Below are positions 12,200 to 25,437 of a DNA stretch of 64,000 bases, in pieces. The position numbers were made by a program, and so were the translations under genes. This DNA comes from Laetmonice hystrix. Lineage: Eukaryota. Numbering within the stretch: position 1 is the first letter of the stretch; each line of letters opens with the position of its first letter. Where the stretch lies: contig OZ249436.1 of NCBI GenBank assembly GCA_965235115.1, positions 23,686,001 to 23,750,000 of the forward strand, read 5' to 3'. Under the pieces are notes generated by a model, which was not told the origin of the DNA, did not search any database, and saw nothing but the letters and a program-made list of their open reading frames with translations.

Positions 12200-13015
12200 A
12201 TATGTAGGGGGATGGGGGTAAATTGTTCAAATTGGGCAAAACTCGCCAGCGAATGGTTGCAAATCATTCCAGTATTAGCACGAGTAACACCTCCAAAATG
12301 CATCAGATTGCACCATTTTAAAGATAAACCGGCGTCATAGGCCAAAAATTTAAAACAATACCAAAGTTCAGTCAGCATAACGTTATCTGATTGGTCGATT
12401 TTGTGGTAGATATGCAAGTTCTGCAAATCAGATTTTGAATTTTGAATTTCGAATGAGCCTTCTGGGCTTTCGTACCGGGCAGTCAAAACAGCTGATGCCA
12501 TGTGGGACAGGGGCAGTAGCCAAAGAAAACACCAATTTCCATAGAGAAACATATTAGATACATTATTTTATGACTTCCTGTTTTATTAGGCTTAGTCATA
12601 CCTATCCACCCTATACTGGTTACATGAACCTAACGGAACAACCGACAAAATCAAAATAATTCGGTTGGGCAGCCGATTGGTCGCCGACGTCGGCTGAGCC
12701 AGCCGATACCTGATTACACAGCAACGACGTCGGCAGAGGGATCGGCTGGGACAGCCGACTGTCAGCCGATGGCGAATCGGATGGAAAATCGGCTATGTGT
12801 GATCCAGCCTTCAAGATCAAATATATCCTTTACAGTGGCATCCATGATCTAATCTCGGCCTCATTATCGAAAGTGAAAAGTCGGGGAAACAGATGTAAAA
12901 AGTCGAGAAACCAAAACAATTATTTTATTTAGCTGAAAAGGGCAGGAAAATGAAAAGTCAGGACAACGATTTTTTTTTCTTTTCTTGCATGTCCTTTCCT
13001 AACCACCATATATAC

Positions 13016-13309
13016 TTTAATCCCCCAATTACCTAACCTATTCTATAGCACATATAATTTCAAATTCCATAAATCCCTATGATACTGAATGGGCCAGAGA
13101 ACAATGGAAAGAACAGTATAAACAGCACCGGTTACCTCCAAATACACTTCGTGTAACAGGTCGGAATAGTGCGCCAGTGACAGATACACGACCTGGTTTT
13201 GATAGGGCTGTTCTGTTATCGGTTTGTACCCCCAACCAATGTAGTACCTTTTCGGGCTTACACAATTTTCGGCCACTTCGGGAATAAGAGAGGTAAGTGG
13301 GGGATTAAA
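13016..13309. mobile_element. Small MITE
   Basis: TTTAATCCCCCAATTACCT ... AGGTAAGTGGGGGATTAAA inverted termini. Confidence 0.55.
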
Positions 13310-13760
13310 GTAAACTGGTGACATATAAGACAATAAGAAAATACTGCCTTCAATCTGTTTCTGGATAAGTTATGGTGCGTTGTGCTTTAAAGCTAAAAAT
13401 AGGTATGGAAATTTAATTTTGTGTTTTGGAGAGTTTTGGAAAAATTATGGAAATTCTTCCAGCCCCAACTGTACCAACACTGAATATAAACAATAGATGA
13501 CATAAAGGTTTATGGTAAACTATAATGATACTATATGTTTCTGTGCAGTTAGGATCAGACATAACCAGTTTGGGGACTGGAATATGAGATATCCTTTTAG
13601 TTTTGTTATTTTAAACATACTAATACATCTTAAAATGGCTGTAGGCATGTAGGGTCATTAACGCTCGTGGCCATCTGGGAAGTGTACAGTCGCAGGAAAA
13701 TTACATGTAGGTCATTAATATGCTGCAAATTGATGTTCCTTTGTTGCTCCTTCTCTCAAG

Positions 13761-14039
13761 GCACCACAGGGTTCGCCGGATTCCCCGGGTCACCTGGGTC
13801 AAACGGTATCCCAGGCGGTCCTGGTTTCCAAGGTGAGACTGGTGTGCCCGGACTGCCTGGCCTGCCCGGCGCGCGTGGGCCACCAGGGTTCCCTGGAACT
13901 CTCGGTCTTACTGGTGTGGTCGGAAGGCCGGGTAATGCAGGCCTTGCGGGGTCCCCGGGGTTTCCTGGACCTCAAGGAGCTATTGGACCAGCTGGACTGC
14001 CCGGGTTCTTCGGAGCTACTGGTACACGTGGCCTCGATG
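13761..14039 (+). CDS. Collagen-like gene, Gly-X-Y exon (279 bp)
   Basis: ctctcaag|GC ACC ACA GGG TTC ... GGC CTC GAT G|gtacgt; 31 triplets. Confidence 0.9.
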
Positions 14040-14212
14040 GTACGTGCTCATGTAGCAACTAAAGCTGACCTTGTGTTGTCTTCTGCATAGAATTTTATTC
14101 GACTGTAAGAAGTATAATTCCTTTTTTTAAAACCTAATTCTGGTTTTATCCTTTGTATTTAAGAACTGTTTGAGTTGAAATGTAATTTTTAAACCTGGTG
14201 CTTACATTCCAG

Positions 14213-14320
14213 GTCCAGACGGTTTCCCTGGACCTAGCGGAGTGACTGGCGTTCCTGGATTCCCAGGGTCACCCGGTCCCCGCGGCTTTGATGGCGGTCC
14301 AGGCCTATCTGGAGCAACAG
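14213..14320 (+). CDS. Collagen-like gene, Gly-X-Y exon (108 bp)
   Basis: attccag|GT CCA GAC GGT TTC ... GGA GCA ACA G|gtatag. Confidence 0.9.
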
Positions 14321-14488
14321 GTATAGAGCAAATCTAATTTTTCAACAGTTGTAGGTGTGGTCAGCTGTAAAGTCAATTTTTCTTGTCAGTTTCTTGATTG
14401 TCGTGGCTATAAATGGACCCTTATGTATGAACCACATTATTGTAACGTCAGTAGAGCCCCCAGAAAATAATCTTTCTTTTTTTGCCAG

Positions 14489-14614
14489 GGTTACCCGGTG
14501 ATCCAGGAGTCCCTGGTGGGCCAGGCCCACTTGGTCCTGCAGGGTTCCCTGGTTTGGCAGGGACGCCAGGACCCCCAGGCTTCGTTGGCACTCCAGGATT
14601 TCCAGGCCTCCAAG
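14489..14614 (+). CDS. Collagen-like gene, Gly-X-Y exon (126 bp)
   Basis: tttgccag|GG TTA CCC GGT ... GGC CTC CAA G|gtaagg. Confidence 0.9.
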
Positions 14615-14736
14615 GTAAGGCTCTCTGTAGAGCAGTGAGAATATATAGAGGAAATTTTTCAGATAAAAATGCAAAGATTACAGGTCACTGTTGTTCAGAT
14701 GAAAACAGATTTTATGGTACCTTGTTATGCCTAAAT

Positions 14737-16546
14737 CCCCCGTCACACTTTCTCGGATCGCACGACGGTTTGGAATGGTCCGTAGCGCAAGGCGATCCGG
14801 CAGCTTCCGTGACCTGGAAAGGCGATGATGCGTGAAACTCCGTATCCAGAACGGGTTGATAAGCGTTGACACGGCTCCAGTAGGGGTCACTACGACATTG
14901 TTACGGGTTGTGAAGGATTGTTACGGATAGCACCCGGGTGTACGGATAACATACAGATAGCTACAGCTTACTATGGCTCACTACGGCTTTCTTACGGGTT
15001 GATGCGGTTTCACTACGGATTACTATGGGCTGTTACATATCTCCGACGGGTTATTACGGATTGAATAGTTTGGGATGCTCGCCAGTATATAGGCAAGCGT
15101 TACCACGTGACCCACGCGTTGGTCACCTTCATTCGTAGCACCCCATAGCAAGCCATACCAACCCGTCACTATAGGGCGCCTAAGTCTTGTGACCTGGATA
15201 TGCAAATGACGTTAAATAGCCTCAAACCAGCTCGCGATAGCACCAAACGTGCACCATGCGATTGTTGACTGTCACTGTTCCCTATGGCCATCGCAATGTT
15301 AAACCAGCGAGGCTATCTGCTCCTTGTCCCGACAACGCGAAATCTCTTGAATTCTCGTGACAGAGTTAGGCGCCCTATAGTATACGTTGGGTACCACCCG
15401 TAGCATGCCGTATCAGCCCGTATCAAGCCGTAGTGGATACGAACCAATACTTGTTGTGATCCGTTCCTATACATACCAATACCTACCTATACGTACCAAC
15501 CCGGGAAGGATACCTAACAAACAACCCGTAGTGGATCCGTCACCGATCACGTAATCACGGCTTACTAAAGTCCTGCACCGTAAGTTGGGAACTTGGGAGG
15601 TCATCCAGTTCAACCCCCACTTGAAACCCCAGAACGTGTTATTTATCGTTCTAGGTGATAATAGTGTGGGCAGTTAGTCTTAATATTTATGCAAACCCGA
15701 ATGTTATAAAAAATAAATAATTATTTTATAGTTAGAAAGTGTTATTTTAGAGCGCTGCTGCTCAAAAACCAGTGTACTGGCCGGGTGTCTTGGGCTGGTA
15801 GAGCCGTCAACACGTTCGTTTTCATTGCCTGGGCCAGAGACTGGCCGGCGATAATGTCTTCATAATCTGCATTGGCTACAATTTTATAGCCTGGGTTGCC
15901 TGGGCCAGAGACTGGCCGGCGATAATGTCTTCATAATCTGCATTGGCTACAATTTTATAGCCTGGGTTCGATCTGTTTGTGCTTTCATTGTCACTTGTGA
16001 CATCATAGTATAGTTAACTACGTATTTTGATACATAATATTACAATGTCAACTGTGGCTGTGACGTCATAGAGAGGACACGTGCAGCACAGTCATGAAGA
16101 CTAACGTAGACTGCACTATTTTGCAATCTAGCTCTCGTTTTATTAAAAGATGGATTAAAATACTACAGAAGCAGAGACTTCGAAGGTCAGTAGTCTCAGA
16201 AAATTATAGCATTATAATACCTCTGTAAACATCACTGTAGGCCCTGATCCTACAGGCTACACAGCTTAGATTGGAGCTTGGCTACATCTATTGTGATATT
16301 TTTAATATATAAGGATTTTTACGCATCATCGCCTTTCCAGGTCAGGGAAGATGCCGGATCGCCTGGCGCTACGGATCATTCTATACCGTCATGCAATCTG
16401 GAAAAGTGTGCTGGGGGCTTAATGGTTGCTACATATAGTCTACGGGTTGCTACAGTGTTTTTATCCATGGTCGAAATCGATTTTCTTAAAAACCTTTTCC
16501 GATTCGGCAAGACCCAGCGCGTGATCCAGGAAAGTGTGATGGGGGC
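14737..16546. mobile_element. Non-autonomous TIR element (PIF/Harbinger-like), intronic
   Basis: CCCCCGTCACACTTTCTCGGATCGCACG ... CGCGTGATCCAGGAAAGTGTGATGGGGGC(TTAA). A second right-end-like copy lies at ~16395-16420. Confidence 0.6.
15825..15968. repeat. Perfect tandem duplication, 71-bp period
   Basis: TTGCCTGGGCCAGAGACTGG...ATAGCCTGGG repeated at 15825 and 15896. Confidence 0.9.
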
Positions 16547-16656
16547 TTAAATCTTCTTTGGGAGGAGTGAAACAAGAGACCACTTTACACAGTGTCCGCA
16601 GTATATGATAACTTCTAGAGACACTCGCCTACAAGATTGACTTTGTACACATTCAG

Positions 16657-16764
16657 GAGAGCCTGGGGCCAGAGGTATCCCTGGGTCAGATGGACGTCCA
16701 GGATTCCGAGGGGTTCCGGGGCTTGACGGATTTCCAGGGGCTCCAGGAAGAACCGGTGCAACAG
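16657..16764 (+). CDS. Collagen-like gene, Gly-X-Y exon (108 bp with GC donor, or 99 bp to a GT at 16756)
   Basis: attcag|GA GAG CCT GGG ... GGT GCA ACA G|gcatgg. Confidence 0.8.
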
Positions 16765-17205
16765 GCATGGAAATAATGTCTTCTTAGTAACTTCATTTTC
16801 AAACATATGTATGAAGAATACATGAGAAGGACGTTATATGCCACATTTTTGTTGGATGGACGATTACTGTGCCATCTGCCTGATGTTGTTCAGGCTTCGT
16901 TCTGACCCAATAGAAATAGGTGAACTCGATCCCAGTCCTTAGCTTTGGGGGTATAATGATTTAACCTCCTTGTTCAAAACGATCTATGTCCACGGCTCTC
17001 AGAACGGCTACTTAAGGTACACATTAATGTTTAACCAAAAAATATATACAAAATTAATGTAGTCATAATTGCAAATACCACAATATTTGGCTAAACGATA
17101 GGCTTTTTGGCCCAAAATATAAATATCTCTTAAATACTTCGTTTGCATTGCTAACCTTCTCTACTTCTGTACTAAACATGTAGGCATTATTCATTAATAT
17201 TCCAG

Positions 17206-17466
17206 GATTGAACGGATTCCCAGGCAACCCCGGTGTTTCTGGCGTCCCAGGATTCCCTGGGGCAGACGGTTTAACAGGAGCCACAGGATTTGCTGGTGCC
17301 CCTGGCCTGCCTGGGGCCCCAGGGTTCCCTGGGCTGACAGGGGCCACTGGATTACGTGGGGCAGATGGACTTCTAGGCCAGGCAGGCCAACCTGGTTTTG
17401 TGGGCCCAGATGGAAACACCGGCGCTCCCGGCCCACCAGGCTTCCAGGGACCGCCCGGAGGGACAG
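17206..17466 (+). CDS. Collagen-like gene, Gly-X-Y exon (261 bp)
   Basis: ttccag|GA TTG AAC GGA TTC ... GGA GGG ACA G|gtacta; 29 triplets. Confidence 0.9.
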
Positions 17467-18897
17467 GTACTATATTCATTACAGCACATTCTCAGGCATC
17501 CTCCCACGCTCGGGGTTGAACCGCTTTGAGCGATTCCCACCCTCACGACAGCCAACCTTTTTTCACCGGAGATCGCAGCGCCATCTGCTTACGACCTAAT
17601 GATTCTACTTTCAGTACCATAAGCACCAATCGGATTACAGCACTGCCTGAGGTGCGATTCATAAAAATTGGCTTGCATTTCCAACAATAGGGACATCTCG
17701 AGTAAAGTTAATGTTGCTGAAGCAATTAGATGGCGAAGCCAACGATGGCAGCCACGGGTAGGCATTAAATCCTGACAGTAGGATGAACAACTTTGAGTTG
17801 ACAGGGCTTCAAGAACACACACTATAACTATAATCCTATTGCGACCCTTAAACTTAACCCACATGCACAGCAGAGGCCGAGACCGACAGCCAGCGCCGGC
17901 AACACTGAGCAGGCCAGTGTTCAAATGCCAGTCGAATCAAAGCAACGATGCTGAAATCAGAGGAGAAAGAAAATTGGAATTTCGCGTGTTAAATAGTATC
18001 AAGTCAGAGTGCTACAAACTGTATTGTCAGGGAGGGACACATTTGTGTATCAGCGAACTGGGCAAAGCAAAGGGGCATTTTCGTTAGAAAGCCTACAGTG
18101 AAGCATTTAGCGTTGGTGGCTCTGCGACGTCTCAATGATAAGCTCACATCCTTTATTATTTATAGGATGGGGACTTCTACCTGTCTACTTTAACATAATA
18201 TTATAAATATCAATTAGCAAAATATATAAATAACAACACAGAGAGAAATTATATAAGAGAAGGTCATGACGACAGGCAACGAATTTGACCATTGATGAGT
18301 GACCTAGCTTTTGACCTCTTACCATGTCTCTGCAGATCTGGAGCATTCCGTCAGCACTCATGGTCCACCTGACATTTGATCCAAATCTATTTATCTCATT
18401 TGTCAGTAATGAAATTTACAATACAGGGACAACCTATTCTGTTCTCTTTCAGAAAATCTAAAATTAATTTGTGGAAAAGCTATTTTTATTATGAAGAATA
18501 CTAATTTTTGAAGACAGGATTCATGCAGCACAGTCGCATGGCCGCTTCAGTCCTAGCTGTAAACTCAAGGAGGGCACAGCATCGTGGGGTGTAACTTCAG
18601 AAATATTCCATCTTACTAATGGCCCTGTCACACCTTGCCGGATAGCATAAACGGACCTGCAACGGACAGAAACTTTGTAAAAAATAATCATCCGGTGGTG
18701 AAAGTTGATCCAATTCAAAATGGCTACCTAGACTGACTGCTCTGCTCTAAGCTCCGGAATTACTGCACTGAAAAACTTGGTTTAGCTTGGCTATATCCTC
18801 CAATATCTGGTGAGTCCATCCAACTAGTATCAAAATACACTGTATAATCTGTTCAATCATCTGAGCGACCCTAGCTATCGTTATTTCCATGGCGTGA

Positions 18898-19213
18898 TTG
18901 ACGATGAGTGACAATAGAATAAAAACCAGATTGCAAAATCGTGAACCCAACTCGAAGGAGGCTCAACAGCAAGCATTGGACAGGCCTGTACACACAGATG
19001 ACTCTCATAACACACACACAATGACCTCCCCACTCAAACAAGAAAATCAACCTGCCTCCAAGAAGAAAATACAGCAAATGATGGCCAAACTTGACAAAAA
19101 CAAAAACACCCTCTCGGGGGAAATAAAACAATTGTCAGATATTGTTAAAGACCTTGCAATCAGATTACAAGGGGCTGAGGACCGGTATGCTAAATCAGAG
19201 GAGAGTAATAGGA
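18898..19213 (+). pseudogene. N-terminal coiled-coil part of a CR1/L2-type LINE ORF1, interrupted at 19214
   Basis: ORF ...KQLSDIVKDLAIRLQGAEDRYAKSEESNR resumes in frame at ~25438 (NKDTMIMHLEERIRQLE) once the intervening insertion is removed. Confidence 0.7.
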
Positions 19214-21211
19214 ACTAGTTGCGAGGTGCCTAGGGCACAGGTATCCCATTCACCAGTCAATGGTGTTAAAATCGGAAATTAGGTCAACTTGGCCGCCATC
19301 TTGGATTTTTCAAATTCAGTTCAAATGGGTCAAGTTTTCCATCCTAACCCCAATGGTGAAAACCAGACGTTGATATCTTTAACCGTTTTAGAGATATCAC
19401 TGATTTTTGGTTGAAAATGACCTAAAAGGGCCAACTTTGAAGAGCCATAACTTGGAAACTATTGATGTTAGGGGAGCCATCTCGGTGTCAGAGACAGCTG
19501 ACCTATTACCCTATCCAATGGTGTTAAAATCGGAAATTAGGTCAACTTGGCCGCCATCTTGGATTTTTCAAACTCAGTTCAAATGGGTCAAGTTTTCCAT
19601 TCTAACCCCAATGGTGAAAACCAGACGTTGATATCTTTAGCCGTTTTAGAGATAGCACTGATTTTTGGTTGAAAATGACCTAAAAGGGACAACTTTGAGG
19701 GGCCATAACATGGAAACTATTGATATTAGGGGACCCATCTCGGTGTCAGAGACAGCTGACCTATAACCCAATCCAATGGTGTTAAAATCGGAAATTAGGT
19801 CAACTTGGCCGCCATCTTGGATTTTTCAAATTCAGGTCAAATGGGTCAAGTTTTTCATCCTAAACCCAATGGTGAAAACCAGACATTAATATCTTTAACC
19901 GTTTTCGAGATATCACTCATTTTTAGTTGAAAATGACCTAAAAAGGGTCATGGAGCCAATGGGGTCACGTGACGGCATTTAAATAGATGGGAAATGAAAG
20001 ATCATATAAGATTTCCCATGAATTTAATTAGTAACCATGTACCCATCTGACTCTTTTTCCAAGTTACAGTCATCTGAAAGTACCGATGACGTCATAGGGT
20101 CACATAGGGTCACGTGACCTAAATAGAAATGGTGTCATTTTAAAGGCCATATATGACTTCCTATGGGTCTTCATTAGTACTTATGGGCCTATGTGGCTCT
20201 TTTTCCAAGTTACTGCCAGCTGAAAACACTGATGACGTCATACAGCCATATAGGGTCACGTGATCTAATTAAATAATGGTGTCATTTGAAAGGCCATATA
20301 TGACTTCCTATCTGTCTACAATAGTAACTATGGGCCTATCTGGCTCTGTTTCCAAGTTATTGCTAATTGAAAATACCGATGACATCATAGGGTCACGTAG
20401 GGTCACGTGACCTAAATAAAAATGGTGTCATTTGAAAGGCCATATATGACTTCCTATCTGTCTTCAATTAAATAGTAACTATGGGCCTATCTGGCTCTAT
20501 TGCCAAGTTACTGCTAGCTGAAAATACCGATGATGTCATAGGGTCACGTAGGGTCACGTGACCTAAATAAAAATGGTGTCATTTGAAAGGCCATATATGA
20601 GTTCCTATACATGTTCTATAGTAACTTTGCCTCTATCTTCCTTCGTTTCTGAGTTATAGCCCTATATTGCTTTCTTGGCAAGTTTTCTCAACTTTGAGGT
20701 CACGTGACTTGATTAATCTAGGTCACATCGCCACAACCTGAACGTACTTTTAATGAGCTGTCTCATGGGCTTCAGTGACATGACATTTGAGGATTTTCAC
20801 CATAATTTGAAGGGTGAGTTTCGATTTTAAGAGTTTCTGCTCCTTGACCTACTTTTCATATAGGTCAAAGGTCAGAGGTCAAACTGCCCTCCATAATTAT
20901 GCTAGCCACTTGTCCAATAATGATGATGGCTATAGTTTTACGAATGGTCTAATTTACCATGAAATACAGGCCTATATATCTGGAACCGTTTTTACGTCAT
21001 TACGTCATGACGTTACGTAATATGACGTCATGGGTCAGGTGGCCAACTCATCTTTTCATGGGCAATCTATGTGCCAAGTTTCATTGAGATATCTTGAAAA
21101 TTAATACCAATTAGGGTACAAAGTTTAACAACTACTACTACTACTACGGGAATACGGAAGATGAAACCATACAATTTCAAAATCCCATTCACCTAGAAGG
21201 TGAATGGGATA
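19214..21211 (-). mobile_element. Non-autonomous Helitron2/Helentron-like element (family E) with internal satellite arrays
   Basis: Starts ACTAG + hairpin + ATCCCATTCACC. Internal ~3x 258-bp and ~4-5x ~146-bp repeats, then (CTA)n. Ends in hairpin ATCCCATTCACC-TAGAA-GGTGAATGGGAT. Confidence 0.75.
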
Positions 21212-21619
21212 ACTAGACCTGTTGTGGCGATACCACAATGGATCCCATCCCCTGGGTGTCTTTTCTGACTAGACTAGACCAGACCAGACGTGAGACTAGT
21301 CTACAATAGTCAATAGGAAAGATTCAAGATGGCCACCGAAATTTGCAAATTTCTAATATCACCACCATTTCATAGCTTTCATCCTATACGGTCTCTGACG
21401 CCAAGATGGCTTGCCTATCCTTAATAGTTTTTATGCTATTGCTCCCAAAAGTTGACTTTTTTCATCCATTTTGAATGAAAATCCTCAAAATCTCGAATAT
21501 AGTTAAAGATATCAACGTCGCAGTAGGAAATGAGTTATCACATGACCCCTTTTTGTCGATTCTAAAAAAATTCAAGATGGCCACCAAAATTTGGAAATTT
21601 CTAATTTCACCAGCATTAA

Positions 21620-22146
21620 AGGGGCATATTATGAGGAAACCTGAAAAATCGGTATTTCAAAGAACTTTTGCTGTTTTCATAAAGAGATCCTTCATTAAAA
21701 TTGCTTGGTAAACAAAGACAGACTTAGCAGTTTCATTTTGCGTGAGAAATCGAAGTTTATGAAGCTCTCTTGCCTGCTTCTCTGCCGATTTCGTAAAATA
21801 TTTTTGGGTGGCATTCTGATGCCGGATGATCGAGTGCAACTGCTGAATTGTTTACAACTAAGCGAAGCATGTGACTAAGCACATGCAGAAAGTGCAAACA
21901 CAGGATGTGACGCAGTACGCGATTACACGGGTTGATGGGAGGTTGTCTACCAAATTACGGCGGGAGATGTGCTATTGGGAGAAATCTATAGGTTTGGTCG
22001 TATAGGACCTACTTGTGCTGCATACACAGCAAAAACACGTCGAAGGACAAAATGCTGTGGTAGGATTATTTACTTGGATGCCTAGTACACGGTCATGTTG
22101 GATAATTGCCGGAAATCCTCCAAAACGTGTTCCATAGCATGCCCCT
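21620..22146. mobile_element. Kolobok-like MITE (TTAA target)
   Basis: TTAA|AGGGGCAT...ATGCCCCT|TTAA. Empty site CAGCATTAAAATAGC is visible in a sister monomer at ~23040. Second copy at 43395. Confidence 0.85.
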
Positions 22147-22229
22147 TTAAAATAGCTTACCTCCGTACTGTCTCTGACGCCAAGATGGCTTGCCTATCCT
22201 TAATAGTTTTTATGCTATAGCTGCCTTAA

Positions 22230-22842
22230 ACCTACAGGAAAAGTTTAAACTCTCAATATAAGGGTATTCAGCATCAATCATGTGATGGTGTGATATTTAA
22301 TAAAAAAATAATCAACTGAAATGTAGCTTGACATTCTACCCCTGGCTTCGTCTGCTTGTCTGCCCTACTTGTCCACGAATTGTTATGTGGCCGCCAGGCG
22401 GAACGAACCACGCAGATTCCCGGCCAGAGGGCTGTTATTCAAGTACCGCCGCTATTCCACTTTTACCAGAAACATGCCCATGACGTCACCGATAATTCAA
22501 TTCGAAGCAAGATGGCGACAGATTCTTCAACGATTGGTTGCAAACGATAGCCGCACACAAACTCTGTATTTGTTAACATGCCCCAATAAGGGTGTGAAGA
22601 GAGAGAAAAAGGTGTCTGCTGTCACCGGTACGAGTACACAATCAGTAAGTACAGTCGTAGTGACGGAGTTAGAGTCCTATGAAGCCAGTGGCGGCATAAC
22701 GCTTGTGAAAATAGCGCATGACCCATACGGTATTTTTAAAAGTCGCCTTAGACAGTGTTCCACTTATCGGTGCGACTTTAGACACTTCCCATGGTGTTGC
22801 TGGTGTTCAAAGGTACGTTAGTGAGGAACTTTATCTGTAGGT
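22230..22842. mobile_element. TTAA-flanked MITE
   Basis: TTAA|ACCTACAG...CTGTAGGT|TTAA interrupting a 278-bp monomer. Confidence 0.65.
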
Positions 22843-24309
22843 TTAAGTTGACTTTTTTTAGCCATTTTATATGAAAATCGTCAAACACTCGAATATAGTT
22901 AAAGATATCAACGTCGCGTTTTCATCTTTGGATTCAGTAGGAAAAATTACATGGAAATGAGTTATCACATGACCCCTTTTCGTCGATTCTAAAAAATTCA
23001 AGATGGCCACCAAAATTTGTAAATTTCAAATTTCACCAGCATTAAAATAGCTTACCTCCGTACTGTCTCTGACGCCAAGATGGCTTGCCTATCCTTAATA
23101 GTTTTTATGCTATTGCTTCCGAAAGTTGACTTTTTTCAGCCATTTTGAATGAAAATCCTCAAAATCTCGAATATGGTTAAAGATATCAACGTCGCGTTTT
23201 CACCATCTGATTCACTAAGAAAAATTGCATGGAAATGAGTTATCACATAACCCCTTTTCGTCAATTCTAAAAAATTCAAGATGGCCGCCAAAATTTGGAA
23301 ATTTCCAATTTCACCACCATTTGATAGCTTACCTCCTATACTGTCTCTAACGCCAAGATAGCTTGCCTATCCTTAATAGTTTTTATGCCATTGCTCCCGA
23401 AAGTTGACTTTTTTCAGCCATTTTGAATGAAAATCCTCAAAATCTCGAATATGGTTAAAGATATCAACGTCGCGTTTTCACCATCTGATTCAGTAGGAAA
23501 AATTACATGGAAATGAGTTATCACATGACCCCTTTTCGTCGATTCTGAAAAATTCAAGTTGGCTGCCAAAATTTGGAAATTTCTAATTTCTCCACCACTT
23601 GATAGCTTACCTCCTATACTGTCTCTGCCGCCGAGCCGCCCTGCAGTTGTCAACAGCGCCACCTCAGTGGCAGGTGGAGTGCCCTGCGGTATGCTGGGGC
23701 CATCCGTGACAACGGTGACATCGCCACTCAAAATGTTCCACTAAAATGTCCCTCCTGGGGACATGACCAATTCAGGCGATGTTAATTTCAAGGACATTTT
23801 AGTCAAACGGGATGTTTCTGAATCATGTCCCCACTTGGGGATATCCTCGTTTTGTGAGACGGCCCCCTGCTCCATCATTCATGACTGGGACAGAAACCTA
23901 CTATAGTCATGAATGACAAAACTATCAATACTGAAATCCTCACTCTATTTCTTAATTCGTTGATTTGACACCGTAATCCTGTTACATACTTTAAAGCCTT
24001 GGTGTTGGGAACCTGAATATTCAGTGTGGCCTCAGAATTCCTAGAAAAATATGTTCGCAAATTCAGGAAATATAGAAAAAAAGAAATATGTTTCACCTTC
24101 TGGGCCATCGTAGTTTGGGTGACCTTAGCAACGAGGTCACGAGGTCACCCTACATACAGCTTTGTGACTCCGATTGTCCACTCGGAAGCTAATAAACAAT
24201 GGTTTTGTTTATGTTGATCTTTTTAACCATTCAAGAGTTATTCTGATTTCTGCGATAGTTTGAGAATGACAACAGAGTTAGTTTGTGCTGGATGCCGTAG
24301 TTTAATTAA

Positions 24310-24479
24310 CCACTTGCCGGCGGGATTAATTTTTAATTATCTGACCCCCTGCTCAGGTTAATTCTGTAAATTACATGTACTTTAATGCAAATTATTGCGT
24401 ATATATACGTCATCCGTTAGAATGGAAGGTTCAATGCATGCGTATATAGACCCGCTACACGTCATCCGCCGGGAAGTGG
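24310..24479. mobile_element. piggyBac-like MITE
   Basis: TTAA|CCACTTGCCGGCGG...CCGCCGGGAAGTGG|T(T)TAA. Confidence 0.55.
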
Positions 24480-25437
24480 TTTAAGATTGAGCAGTGTGTG
24501 CGACATCCTGGGCCGACTGCAGCCGAGATTGTGATGTAACAAAACATCTCATGGCAAATCTATGTCACTACTGGAGGGTCGAGTTGGGTACCCTCCTAAC
24601 ATAATTGACCTCTGTCTTGTTAATTATAAACATTACTAATTGAAATATACAACATGTAAAATAAACAGTTTGAAGTCCCCAGTCTGTAAATCGTAAGTGG
24701 CGTTCTGTAGTTACAACGCCCCAAAGTGTAGGGCAAAGATGAAGTTGTAGATGATGTAACAAGTCACGTAGATGATGTCACAAGTCACGTGACATGAAAA
24801 TTATTGTATACCTAATTAAAGAGAACATACCCGTATATTAGGTTCAATATACTATAATATTAGGAATATAGGTCAAATCAATTGTAGCGAGCCGGATTCC
24901 TTTGGAACTCTCGTTAGACACCATTCCTGTGCAATTTCATAAAATTTTAATGAAAATTAAGGAAGAAGTAGGGATTTAAGCATTTTATGACCTTTGACCC
25001 AGATTTCAGACATGTCAAAGGTCAAAGGTCAAAATATTTGTAAAAAATTTACTAGGCCCTTGCCCAGTTCTGACAGTGTCATCAGTTCCTGGAAAGTATC
25101 CATATTGACTTTGAAAACCGTCCTAATAGTCACAATACGAATGACGTCATGACGTTACGTCATGTGACGTCATGATTCATTGTCAAATAAGAGTTGATGA
25201 CTATCAACACGTCCACCAAGTTTCTCTTAGATATCTTGAAAAACGACTGAGATATGACCCCTGATAACAATTGTTTACAACTACTACTACTACTACTACT
25301 ACTACTACACAAACAATACAGAAACCGAAACCAGGCAATTTCAAGATCCCTTCCCCTTGGTAGGGGATGGGATAATAATACTGAAACCGAAACCAGACAA
25401 TTTCTAGATCCCATCCCCTGGATAGGGGATGGGATAA

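Larger units (their letters stand above)
21212..25435 (-). mobile_element. Helitron2/Helentron-like element (family F), composite, with 278-bp internal repeats and nested MITEs
   Basis: ACTAG + TGTGG/CCACA hairpin + GATCCCATCCCCT. Terminal hairpin modules at ~25320-25373 and ~25380-25435. 278-bp monomers (23128, 23406) are shared with the element at 61715. Confidence 0.7.
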
